From: an uncultured virus (IMG/VR IMGVR_UViG_3300042434_001127)
Taxonomy: Duplodnaviria > Heunggongvirae > Uroviricota > Caudoviricetes
Length of the DNA: 20,000 bases
IMG/VR virus record: IMGVR_UViG_3300042434_001127
Strand: one strand, 5' to 3'
Shown: one piece after another, positions 7,616-16,031 of the stretch
How positions within the stretch are numbered: position 1 is the first letter of the stretch
Layout of the letters: each line of letters starts with the position of its first letter
Notes under the pieces: generated by a model
Database searches by the model: none
Seen by the model: only the letters and a program-made list of their open reading frames with translations
Told to the model about the DNA's origin: nothing
Translations under genes and position numbers: made by a program

Positions 7616-7652
7616 GGGGGAAGGATGGTCAGAATCATCCATTCCCCCCTTT
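7616..7652 (+). terminator. Long hairpin/terminator downstream of hsp20
   Basis: GGGGGAAGGATGGT-CAGA-ATCATCC-A-TTCCCCC followed by only a short T-tract. Confidence 0.6.
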
Positions 7653-7653
7653 C

Positions 7654-7661
7654 CATAAATA
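7654..7661 (+). promoter_or_regulatory. Late promoter (CATAAATA)
   Basis: NATAAATA motif 9 nt upstream of the ATG at 7671. Confidence 0.65.
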
Positions 7662-7670
7662 AAAATAAAA

Positions 7671-8384
7671 ATGAACTTAGAGTTGTTTCTTGAGCAAAAA
7701 ATAACTTTTAAATATCACGATCAACTTAATCAGAAGATCTGGAATAATACTAAATTAAAACCTGAAGTTAAAATGAAACTTGTCCGAATAGGGCAAGCAT
7801 GGGCAGAGTTTGCAAATATACCAACTAGTGCAATCAAAGATATGATTGTTGTTGGTGGAAATGCAAATTATAATTATACCGAGTATTCTGATATAGATCT
7901 ACATTTGGTTGTTGATAAAAACAAACTACCAGACTGTCCAGATCTTATTGATGATTATTTAAGAGATAAAAAACAACTTTGGGCTTTGACACATGACATT
8001 AAAATTTATGGACATGATGTTGAACTTTATGCTGAAGAAGAAGGAACTGAACGACCATCAAATCAAGGTGTTTATTCTGTAAAATATAATAAGTGGTTAG
8101 CCCAACCAAAGTATGAAAACCCTGGGGTAGATACTAAACTTTTAAAAAAGAAAACTCATGATTTGATGGATAAAATTGATTTGTTTATTTCTGGCAAATC
8201 TAATGATATAATGGAGATGAAAAGACTGAAAGAAAAACTTAGAATGATGAGGCAAGCTGCTATTAGAAAAGGTGGTGAGTTTTCAATTGAAAATCTTGTG
8301 TTTAAAGAATTAAGAAACAATGGATATCTGACTAAGTTTTCAGACTATATAACATCTAAGCAAGTAAAAGAACTTTCATTATAG
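7671..8384 (+). CDS. Pol-beta-superfamily nucleotidyltransferase-like protein
   Basis: hG[GS]-x9-DhDh motif (VVGGNANYNYTEYSDIDLHLVV) and a third acidic residue in HDVELY. Confidence 0.75.
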   Translation: MNLELFLEQKITFKYHDQLNQKIWNNTKLKPEVKMKLVRIGQAWAEFANIPTSAIKDMIVVGGNANYNYTEYSDIDLHLVVDKNKLPDCPDLIDDYLRDKKQLWALTHDIKIYGHDVELYAEEEGTERPSNQGVYSVKYNKWLAQPKYENPGVDTKLLKKKTHDLMDKIDLFISGKSNDIMEMKRLKEKLRMMRQAAIRKGGEFSIENLVFKELRNNGYLTKFSDYITSKQVKELSL

Positions 8385-8393
8385 GAGATTTTT

Positions 8394-8702
8394 ATGGATG
8401 ATTATGAAACAATTGACATGGATGAACAACTTCAAGAAGAGAAATCAGAGCGTGTCGTTAAATGCATTTTATTTGAGAATGGTCTGTATGTAATTTCTGA
8501 GATAGAAGAAATTGTTGCTGAGTATGGAATGCCTAACTGTAAGTTGGTAAATCCATTCACAATTACTGAAACTGGTTATTTGGAAACCTTTCCAAAACAT
8601 TGTGGTCAATCAGAAATTTTAATGTCTTCGGATAAGTTCTTGACAATTTACGATCCCTCTGATAACATACTGAGTAAGTATGATGGGATCACTGCTGGAT
8701 GA
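8394..8702 (+). CDS. Hypothetical protein upstream of gp43
   Basis: RBS AGGAG; ISEIEE...PNCKLVNPF...SSDKFLTIYDP resembles the small gene usually found between hsp20 and gp43 in cyanomyoviruses. Confidence 0.75.
   Translation: MDDYETIDMDEQLQEEKSERVVKCILFENGLYVISEIEEIVAEYGMPNCKLVNPFTITETGYLETFPKHCGQSEILMSSDKFLTIYDPSDNILSKYDGITAG
8640..8668 (+). promoter_or_regulatory. Putative sigma70-like promoter for gp43
   Basis: TTGACA(8640-8645), 17-nt spacer ending in TG-A, then TAACAT(8663-8668). Confidence 0.55.
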
Positions 8703-11191
8703 GATTTTATACTAATGTTCAGTTGATTGGAAATGAGTTTCTCGTTCGCGGTTATAATAATGGCGATCACTTTCAGTTCAGAGAAAAATATTCTCCAACA
8801 CTCTTTGTCTTATCTCAAAAGCCAACAAAGTACACCACTCTCGACGGTAAGTATGTAGAACCAATTCAACCTGGATTGGTGAAGGATTGTAGAGAGTTTT
8901 ATCGTCAATATGAAGATGTTGAAAATTTTGACATCTACGGCAATAATAGATTCATCTATCAATATATTTCTGATAACTATCCTGAAGATGAAATTAAGTT
9001 TGATATTAGTAAAATTAAAATATCAACAATTGATATTGAGGTAGCCTCAGAAAACGGATTTCCGAATGTTAGAGATTGTGCCGAAGAACTTCTCACAATT
9101 TCGATGCAAGATTATGCGTCCAAAAAAATTACCACATGGGGTGTAAAGACATTCATCAATAAGCAAGATAATGTGACTTACATTCAATGTAAAGATGAAC
9201 AAGATTTGCTTATTAAATTTTTGTACTTTTGGGAAAATAATTATCCTGAAGTTATAACAGGGTGGAACTGTTCTTTGTACGATATTCCATATTTGTGTGG
9301 ACGTATTGATCGACTGTTTGGAGAACGTGATGCTCGTCGTATCTCTCCATGGAAACTTTTGACTCGTAATGAAGTCACTCTTAATGGAAGATCAAATATT
9401 GTTTATGATGTTGGGGGTATTACAGTATTAGATTATTTGGATTTGTATAAGAAGTTTACTTATTCAAACCAAGAATCTTATCGACTGGATCATATTGCTT
9501 TTGTTGAGCTTGGACAAAAAAAACTTGATCACTCTGAGTTTGAAACCTTCAAAGATTTTTATACTCAAGATTGGCAGAAATTTGTAGAGTACAACATCGT
9601 TGACGTAGAACTTGTTGACCGTTTGGAAGACAAGATGAAGTTAATTGAATTGGCAATTACCATGGCATATGATGCTAAGGTTAATTACACCGATGTTTTT
9701 TCTCAAGTAAAAATGTGGGATAGCATCATTTATAACTACTTGAAAAAACAAGATATTGTTATTCCACCAAAAGTGGATGGTAAAAAAGATGCTCAGTATG
9801 CAGGAGCTTATGTTAAAGAACCGATTCCTGGTAGATATGATTGGGTGGTAAGTTTTGACTTAAACAGTCTATATCCACACTTGATTATGCAATATAACAT
9901 TTCACCAGAAACACTGCAAGATCATAAACATCCAAGTATTAGTGTTGATAAAATTTTGAACAAAGAGTTGGATTTGTCTGATCTTAAAGGACAAACTGTT
10001 TGTGCAAACGGAGCATTCTTTGATACAACAAAACGAGGATTTCTACCAAAACTTATGGATAAGATTTATCAAGATCGAGTAATCTATAAGAAAAAAATGC
10101 TTGAGGCAAAACAACAATACGAAAAAACTAAAGATAAAAATTTGATTAAAGAAATTGCCCGCTGCAATAACATTCAGATGGCAAGAAAAATCCAGTTGAA
10201 CTCTGCTTATGGTGCTATTGGTAATGAATATTTTCGTTACTATAAACTTGCAAATGCAGAAGCAATTACACTGTCTGGACAAGTTTCAATCCGTTGGATT
10301 GAAAATAAAATGAATGGTTATTTGAATAAAATTTTAAAAAGTGAAAATAAAGATTATGTGATTGCTGTTGATACTGATTCAATCTATTTGAATCTTGGGA
10401 ACTTGGTATCAAAGTTATTCCCAAATGAAACAGATGATACTAAGATTGTTAACTTCTTGGATAAAATTTGTAAGGAAAAGTTTGAACCATTTATTGATCA
10501 ATCGTATCAAGAGCTATCTCAATATGTAAATGCTTACGAACAAAAGATGTTCATGAAGCGTGAGAACATTGCTAATCGTGGTATTTGGACAGCCAAAAAA
10601 CGATATATGCTCAACGTATGGGACAGTGAAGGAGTTAGATATGAAGCTCCTAAATTAAAAATTATGGGTCTGGAGGCTATTAAATCATCTACTCCAGCGG
10701 CGTGTAGAGCTAAAATTAAAGAAGCTTTTAAACTTATCATGACATCTACTGAAGACGAGGTAGTCAAGTTTATTGAAACATTTAAAAAAGAATTTCCGAC
10801 TCTACCTGTAGATCAAATTGCATTTCCAAAAACCGCAAGTGATGTTGAAAAATGGAAATCCACGTCAACCATTTACAAGAAATCAACTCCAATTCATGTT
10901 AGAGGATCTTTGCTTTTTAATCATTACATCCGAGATAAAAAATTAACGAACAAGTATGCTATAATTAACAATGGTGAAAAAATTAAATACTGTTACCTTA
11001 AAAAACAAAACCCAATCCGAGAAAATGTAATCTCATTTATTCAGCAGTTTCCAAAAGAAATCATTGCTGAAAGCTATATTGATTATTCTCTACAATTTGA
11101 CAAATCATTCCTTGATCCACTAAAATCTGTATTAGATTGTATTGGTTGGAAAACAGAACAACGCGGTTCACTAGAAGACTTTTTTGCTTAA
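8699..11191 (+). CDS. gp43: Family B DNA polymerase
   Basis: Exonuclease motifs DIEV and GWN...YDIPY; polymerase motifs SFDLNSLYP, KIQLNSAYG, VDTDSIY and KKRY. At 830 aa it has no intein or intron. Confidence 0.98.
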   Translation: MRFYTNVQLIGNEFLVRGYNNGDHFQFREKYSPTLFVLSQKPTKYTTLDGKYVEPIQPGLVKDCREFYRQYEDVENFDIYGNNRFIYQYISDNYPEDEIKFDISKIKISTIDIEVASENGFPNVRDCAEELLTISMQDYASKKITTWGVKTFINKQDNVTYIQCKDEQDLLIKFLYFWENNYPEVITGWNCSLYDIPYLCGRIDRLFGERDARRISPWKLLTRNEVTLNGRSNIVYDVGGITVLDYLDLYKKFTYSNQESYRLDHIAFVELGQKKLDHSEFETFKDFYTQDWQKFVEYNIVDVELVDRLEDKMKLIELAITMAYDAKVNYTDVFSQVKMWDSIIYNYLKKQDIVIPPKVDGKKDAQYAGAYVKEPIPGRYDWVVSFDLNSLYPHLIMQYNISPETLQDHKHPSISVDKILNKELDLSDLKGQTVCANGAFFDTTKRGFLPKLMDKIYQDRVIYKKKMLEAKQQYEKTKDKNLIKEIARCNNIQMARKIQLNSAYGAIGNEYFRYYKLANAEAITLSGQVSIRWIENKMNGYLNKILKSENKDYVIAVDTDSIYLNLGNLVSKLFPNETDDTKIVNFLDKICKEKFEPFIDQSYQELSQYVNAYEQKMFMKRENIANRGIWTAKKRYMLNVWDSEGVRYEAPKLKIMGLEAIKSSTPAACRAKIKEAFKLIMTSTEDEVVKFIETFKKEFPTLPVDQIAFPKTASDVEKWKSTSTIYKKSTPIHVRGSLLFNHYIRDKKLTNKYAIINNGEKIKYCYLKKQNPIRENVISFIQQFPKEIIAESYIDYSLQFDKSFLDPLKSVLDCIGWKTEQRGSLEDFFA

Positions 11192-11197
11192 ACTATT

Positions 11198-12205
11198 ATG
11201 GACTTTCTTAAAGAAATTGTAAAAGAAGTTGGTGGCGAGTACACCAAGCTTGCTTCTGATATTGACGAGACGGAGACTTATGTTGACACAGGTTCGTACA
11301 TTTTTAATGCACTGGTTTCAGGTAGCATATTTGGTGGTGTATCTGGGAATAAGATTACTGCTATTGCTGGAGAGTCTAGTACTGGAAAGACTTTCTTTTC
11401 TCTCGCTGTGGTTAAGAATTTTCTTGATAATAACTCCGATGGTTATTGTCTCTACTTTGATACTGAATCCGCTATTACCAAATCACTCTTGGAGTCACGC
11501 GACATCGACACATCTCGTCTTGTCGTGGTTAATGTTGTCACCGTAGAAGAATTTCGCACTAAAGCACTAAAAGCGGTTGACATGTACTTAAAAAAACCTG
11601 AAACAGAACGCAAACCCTGTATGTTTGTGTTAGACTCTTTGGGTATGCTTTCAACTGAGAAAGAAATTACCGATGCACTGAATGATAAACAAGTTCGTGA
11701 TATGACTAAATCACAGCTTATAAAAGGTGCATTTCGTATGTTGACTTTGAAGTTGGGGCAGGCAAGTATCCCTATGATAGTGACGAATCATACATACGAA
11801 TCGATGAGTTTGTATGGTGGAAAACAAATGTCAGGTGGTTCTGGATTGCAATATGCATCATCAACTATCATTTATCTTTCAAAGTCAAAGGAAAAGGATG
11901 GGAAAGAAGTTGTTGGAAATATTATTCGTGCTAAAACTCAAAAGTCGCGTTTGAGTAAGGAGAATCAAGAAGTTGAAGTCCGTTTATTTTATGATGAGCG
12001 TGGTCTTGATCGCTATTATGGTCTTCTGGAACTCGGGGAACTCGGCGGACTCTGGAAGAATGTTGCGGGGCGTTATGAGATGGATGGTAAGAAAATTTAT
12101 GCAAAACAAATTCTTGCAGAACCTGAAAAATATTTTACGCCAGAAGTAATGCAAGCACTTGATGAAATCGCTCAGAAGGAGTTTTCTTATGGTAACTCTA
12201 ATTGA
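11198..12205 (+). CDS. uvsX: RecA-like recombinase UvsX
   Basis: Walker A GESSTGKT, YFDTE, VLDSLGML and TNHTY...GGSG. Confidence 0.96.
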   Translation: MDFLKEIVKEVGGEYTKLASDIDETETYVDTGSYIFNALVSGSIFGGVSGNKITAIAGESSTGKTFFSLAVVKNFLDNNSDGYCLYFDTESAITKSLLESRDIDTSRLVVVNVVTVEEFRTKALKAVDMYLKKPETERKPCMFVLDSLGMLSTEKEITDALNDKQVRDMTKSQLIKGAFRMLTLKLGQASIPMIVTNHTYESMSLYGGKQMSGGSGLQYASSTIIYLSKSKEKDGKEVVGNIIRAKTQKSRLSKENQEVEVRLFYDERGLDRYYGLLELGELGGLWKNVAGRYEMDGKKIYAKQILAEPEKYFTPEVMQALDEIAQKEFSYGNSN

Positions 12206-12749
12206 TTTAATCCAAGTCCATGAAAATGCATTGCCTTTGGATCTGTGCAATGCGTTAATTAATTTTTTTGAAACAAATCCTGAGAATCAAGAAAGAGTTG
12301 ATAATTACAAAAAGCCAACCTTTACACAACTTAATCTTACAGAATTAACACATAACGCAGAAGCCGTTGAACTGCAAAGGCAAACTTTGGTTCATATGGG
12401 TAGATATTTAAAACAATACTACCATTTAGTTGAAAGACGTTGTTTTCCTAAAGAACATCAACATGGGTTTGAGCAATTTAGAATTAAAAAATATAAGAAT
12501 GATGGCAATGACATGTTTAATACACATGTAGATGTTCAAGATTATATGACATCTAGACGATATCTTTCATTCTTTTGGTATTTGAATACGGTAGATGAGG
12601 GTGGTGAAACTGTGTTTACCGATTTGACAATTAAGCCTGAAGCTGGTAAACTGGTGATCTTCCCGCCTCTTTGGATGTTCCCCCATAAAGGTAATCCTCC
12701 AATTAGTAACGATAAGTATCTTTTGAGCACATACCTTCATTACATTTGA
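12189..12749 (+). CDS. 2OG-Fe(II) oxygenase (prolyl-4-hydroxylase-like)
   Basis: HxD motif (HVD), YLNTVDEGGET, LVIFPPLWMFPHKG and KY. The start is ATG 12189, overlapping the end of uvsX. Confidence 0.88.
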   Translation: MVTLIDLIQVHENALPLDLCNALINFFETNPENQERVDNYKKPTFTQLNLTELTHNAEAVELQRQTLVHMGRYLKQYYHLVERRCFPKEHQHGFEQFRIKKYKNDGNDMFNTHVDVQDYMTSRRYLSFFWYLNTVDEGGETVFTDLTIKPEAGKLVIFPPLWMFPHKGNPPISNDKYLLSTYLHYI

Positions 12750-12750
12750 C

Positions 12751-14121
12751 ATGGACAGAATTGAAATCACAATTTTAAGGAGTTTAATTTTTAATGAAGA
12801 TTATTGTAGAAAGGTAATTCCCTTTATTCGTCAAGAATATTTTGGAGAGTATGCTGAGCGTATTATCTTTGAAGAAATTTATGAGTTCATAGCAAAGTAT
12901 GATAAGCTAGCAACTAAAGAAGTTCTTTCGATTGAGGTATCTAATCGTAGAGATCTTTCAGAAGATCAACTTAAACAATGTAATGATATCATCAGCAATC
13001 TTACTGATGATGAAGCAGACTTTGATTGGCTTTTAAACTCTACTGAAAAGTGGTGTAAAGATCGAGCAATTTATCTGGCTCTTATGGAGTCAGTTCATAT
13101 TGTTGATGATGACACTGGTAAAAAGAATAAAGATGCTATTCCTCACATCTTGAGTGAGGCACTTGGAGTATCTTTTGACCATAATATTGGTCACGACTAT
13201 GTAAAAAACTTTGAAGAACGATATGATTTCTATCACAAAACTGAAGAAAAAATCCCCTTTGATCTTGAATACTTTAACAAAATTACCAAAGATGGTTTAC
13301 CTAGCAAGACTCTCAATGTCGTACTTGCTGGTACAGGTGTCGGGAAATCTTTATTCATGTGCCACTTGGCTAGCTCCGTGTTGCTCCAAGGACGGAACGT
13401 TTTGTACGTTACGCTTGAAATGGCAGAAGAGAAAATTGCTGAACGAATTGACGCAAATCTCTTAGACGTAGATATTAAATCTATTGCCGAACTTCCTAAA
13501 CGAATGTTTGAAACGAAGATTCAAAGTTTGGTTAATAGAAGTATTGGCACATTGATCATCAAAGAGTATCCAACTGCATCTGCACATGTGGGACATTTCA
13601 AAACTTTGCTGAATGAATTGTCCATGAAAAAAAGCTTCAAACCAGACATCATTTTTGTAGACTACTTAAACATTTGTGCCTCATCTAGATATAAGGGTAG
13701 CATAGTTAATAGTTATACTTATGTTAAAGCTATTGCTGAAGAGCTTCGTGGTCTTGCTGTTGAGCATAATGTACCTATTGTCACGGCTACCCAAACTACT
13801 CGTTCAGGTTTTAATAGCTCTAATATTGAACTCACTGATACTAGTGAGTCCTTTGGTCTTCCTGCTACTGCTGATTTTATGTTTGCCCTTATTAGCACAG
13901 AAGAGTTGGAGCAGCGTGGGCAGATATTGGTAAAACAGTTAAAGAATCGCTATAATGATCCAACTGCAAACCGTAAATTTTTGATTGGAGTTGATAGATC
14001 AAAAATGCGTCTCTATGATATTGAACAATCTGCTCAAAAAGATATACTTGATAGTGGACAAGAAGAAGTTGAGATTGAATCTAAACCAAAATCTAAAGCA
14101 TTTGAAGGATTTAAATTTTAA
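12751..14121 (+). CDS. gp41: Replicative DnaB-like helicase
   Basis: AGTGVGKSLFMCH, YVTLEMAE, IIKEYPT, VDYLNI, TATQTTR, SESFGLPATAD and QLKNRY. Confidence 0.97.
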   Translation: MDRIEITILRSLIFNEDYCRKVIPFIRQEYFGEYAERIIFEEIYEFIAKYDKLATKEVLSIEVSNRRDLSEDQLKQCNDIISNLTDDEADFDWLLNSTEKWCKDRAIYLALMESVHIVDDDTGKKNKDAIPHILSEALGVSFDHNIGHDYVKNFEERYDFYHKTEEKIPFDLEYFNKITKDGLPSKTLNVVLAGTGVGKSLFMCHLASSVLLQGRNVLYVTLEMAEEKIAERIDANLLDVDIKSIAELPKRMFETKIQSLVNRSIGTLIIKEYPTASAHVGHFKTLLNELSMKKSFKPDIIFVDYLNICASSRYKGSIVNSYTYVKAIAEELRGLAVEHNVPIVTATQTTRSGFNSSNIELTDTSESFGLPATADFMFALISTEELEQRGQILVKQLKNRYNDPTANRKFLIGVDRSKMRLYDIEQSAQKDILDSGQEEVEIESKPKSKAFEGFKF

Positions 14122-14123
14122 TT

Positions 14124-14903
14124 ATGATTACAACTATAGATGATCTTTGGAAAGATTCTACAGAAGTTAATAATAAACAGTACGAGATATTTACTGCAGG
14201 AACAGAAAATGTTTTGGTCATTAGAGATTTTTTAAAATATCCAGATAAATTAAAAAATCTTATACGTTCTTTTCCATACTTTGATTCACAACCAACTTGG
14301 AGACCAGGAAAAACTGCAGGATTCCCCAGTTCACATTGTCCTAAATTTGGATCTTTTATATCAAAACAATTTGCTAATATTTTTCAAAGCAATGATGTTC
14401 AATGTTATGATTTGTATGTAAATTGTTTTAATGGTAAAATGAATTGTTCTTATCAATTGCCACATGTAGACTGTTCTATTTTTCCATTATCAGTTCAAAC
14501 ACATATAGCTGTCAATGTTTGTTTAACTGAAAATATGTTAGGAGGTACAAGCTTTTGGTCATTTAAAAATAAAATGAATTTGTTTGATATGTCTTTAGGG
14601 CAAATTAATGAATTGTATCACATCATGAATTCTTTCAACAGTAATAATTCTATGCCATGGAAACAATTTACGGGTGATAACAATTTTGAGATGGAAAAAG
14701 TAATACCAATGGAATATAACACATTAGTGGCTTATCCAACAACTACATTACATAGTCCTTATATTGAAACAAACTGGTTTGAAACTTATGATAGAATTAG
14801 CCTAGCAGCGTTTCTGCAAATTTATCCAAATTTTACACCATCTACTGATGAAGAACTTTGGAAAAAATTTAGATTGAAAGATGTTTTTAATTTGACATTT
14901 TAA
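14124..14903 (+). CDS. Putative 2OG-Fe(II) oxygenase-like protein (DUF6445-like)
   Basis: VLVIRDFLKYPD, RPG, LPHVD, GGTSFW, YNTLVAYPTTTLHSP and RIS; AT-rich. Confidence 0.7.
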   Translation: MITTIDDLWKDSTEVNNKQYEIFTAGTENVLVIRDFLKYPDKLKNLIRSFPYFDSQPTWRPGKTAGFPSSHCPKFGSFISKQFANIFQSNDVQCYDLYVNCFNGKMNCSYQLPHVDCSIFPLSVQTHIAVNVCLTENMLGGTSFWSFKNKMNLFDMSLGQINELYHIMNSFNSNNSMPWKQFTGDNNFEMEKVIPMEYNTLVAYPTTTLHSPYIETNWFETYDRISLAAFLQIYPNFTPSTDEELWKKFRLKDVFNLTF

Positions 14904-14920
14904 TTTTTTTATTCTATAAT
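14892..14920 (+). promoter_or_regulatory. Consensus sigma70 promoter for mazG
   Basis: TTGACA(14892-14897), 17-nt spacer, TATAAT(14915-14920). Confidence 0.85.
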
Positions 14921-14941
14921 ACTATTACTTACTAAAATTTT

Positions 14942-15352
14942 ATGGAACGACAGATTAATTTTAGCCGATATCAAAAATTTGTAGATGCTGTAACATCTGA
15001 TGCATCTAGAGATTTTGTTTCATTCTCTGATCGCATCGTTGAGCTTGATGGAAAGGGAGCAAATATTGAACGACTGCTTACTGCTGGTGTTGGTATTAAT
15101 GCTGAGGGTGGTGAGTTTCTTGAGATTATTAAGAAAATGATTTTCCAAGGAAAGCCTTGGAATCTTGACAACAAAGAACATTTGATTATTGAACTTGGTG
15201 ATCTTATGTGGTATGTTGCTCAAGCATGTATGGCTTTAGAAATTTCTATTGATGAAGTTATTGCTCGCAATGTGACTAAACTTGAGAAGCGTTATCCTGG
15301 TGGATCTTTTGATCCTTACTATTCTGAAAATCGTGCGGAGGATGATCTGTGA
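14942..15352 (+). CDS. mazG: MazG nucleoside triphosphate pyrophosphohydrolase
   Basis: GINAEGGEFLEIIKKMIFQGK...ELGDLMWYVAQ...NVTKLEKRYP. Confidence 0.95.
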   Translation: MERQINFSRYQKFVDAVTSDASRDFVSFSDRIVELDGKGANIERLLTAGVGINAEGGEFLEIIKKMIFQGKPWNLDNKEHLIIELGDLMWYVAQACMALEISIDEVIARNVTKLEKRYPGGSFDPYYSENRAEDDL

Positions 15353-15528
15353 AAAAAGAAGTAACTATTACAATGAACGTTCATGCAGCTGCTGCTGTTC
15401 GTCAAGTTTTGTTTGAAGCTCAAAAAGGATACACATATGATGTAAATAGTGTTCCTCCTCGCATTTTTGAAATGAGAGATGTAATTACAGATCTTGATGA
15501 TGCAATTGGATCTGCATTGGAAGAATAA
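15349..15528 (+). CDS. Small hypothetical protein (59 aa, GTG start; absent from the ORF track)
   Basis: GTGA overlap with the mazG stop and RBS GGAGG upstream; MKKEVTITMNVHAAAAVRQVLFEAQKGYTYD...SALEE. Confidence 0.75.
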   Translation: MKKEVTITMNVHAAAAVRQVLFEAQKGYTYDVNSVPPRIFEMRDVITDLDDAIGSALEE

Positions 15529-15534
15529 TAAATA
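15527..15534 (+). promoter_or_regulatory. Probable late promoter (AATAAATA)
   Basis: NATAAATA motif 19 nt before the ORF at 15554, though in an AT-rich context. Confidence 0.45.
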
Positions 15535-15553
15535 AAAGAAATAATGTGTTAAA

Positions 15554-15793
15554 ATGCTTACAGTTCTGACTCCTATTCTAGATGAATTTTTAGATGCATA
15601 CAAGTCAGAAAAAAAAGTAATTAGAAATGATAGGGATGCAATGATTGATTTGTATCTCTATTTTTCTTTTTTTATGGATGACTTAATTGCAAAAAATAAA
15701 CGTGAAAAAAATAAATATATCAAATTAAAAAAAGCTGGATTAGATTATATTAAAATAAACAGCAAAAAAATCATCAAACAATTACACAAATAA
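15554..15793 (+). CDS. Hypothetical protein (79 aa, basic)
   Basis: The ORF fits the gap between its neighbours and ends 1 nt before the next start. Confidence 0.6.
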   Translation: MLTVLTPILDEFLDAYKSEKKVIRNDRDAMIDLYLYFSFFMDDLIAKNKREKNKYIKLKKAGLDYIKINSKKIIKQLHK

Positions 15794-15794
15794 A

Positions 15795-16031
15795 ATGAAA
15801 ACATTTTTGCAATTTGTAACCGAAGTAAAAAATATACTTCCCGAAATCGCTACAGAAGATATTCGGGAGCATTATATTGCTGGGGAAATTTTTAAAGAAG
15901 GTTCTTTGATTGAACAAATGTCAACAGGAAGAATTGGTACTGTAATGCGAAGAGGAACAAATTATTTAATTTGTTTGACTGATGATGGTGAACTTTTTAA
16001 ACCATGGATTACTGATAGTAAAGAGGTTTAA
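15795..16031 (+). CDS. Small protein: capsid-targeting-like leader plus a domain resembling the C-terminus of cyanophage cytidyltransferase
   Basis: MKTFLQFVTE leader; IREHYIAGEIF...TGRIGTVMRRGTNYLICLTDDGELFKPWITD. Confidence 0.65.
   Translation: MKTFLQFVTEVKNILPEIATEDIREHYIAGEIFKEGSLIEQMSTGRIGTVMRRGTNYLICLTDDGELFKPWITDSKEV

Noticed and set aside
8699..14121. Possible inteins, introns or homing endonucleases in gp43, uvsX or gp41
   Set aside because: All three have normal lengths and contiguous motifs; no HNH, GIY-YIG or LAGLIDADG ORF was seen.
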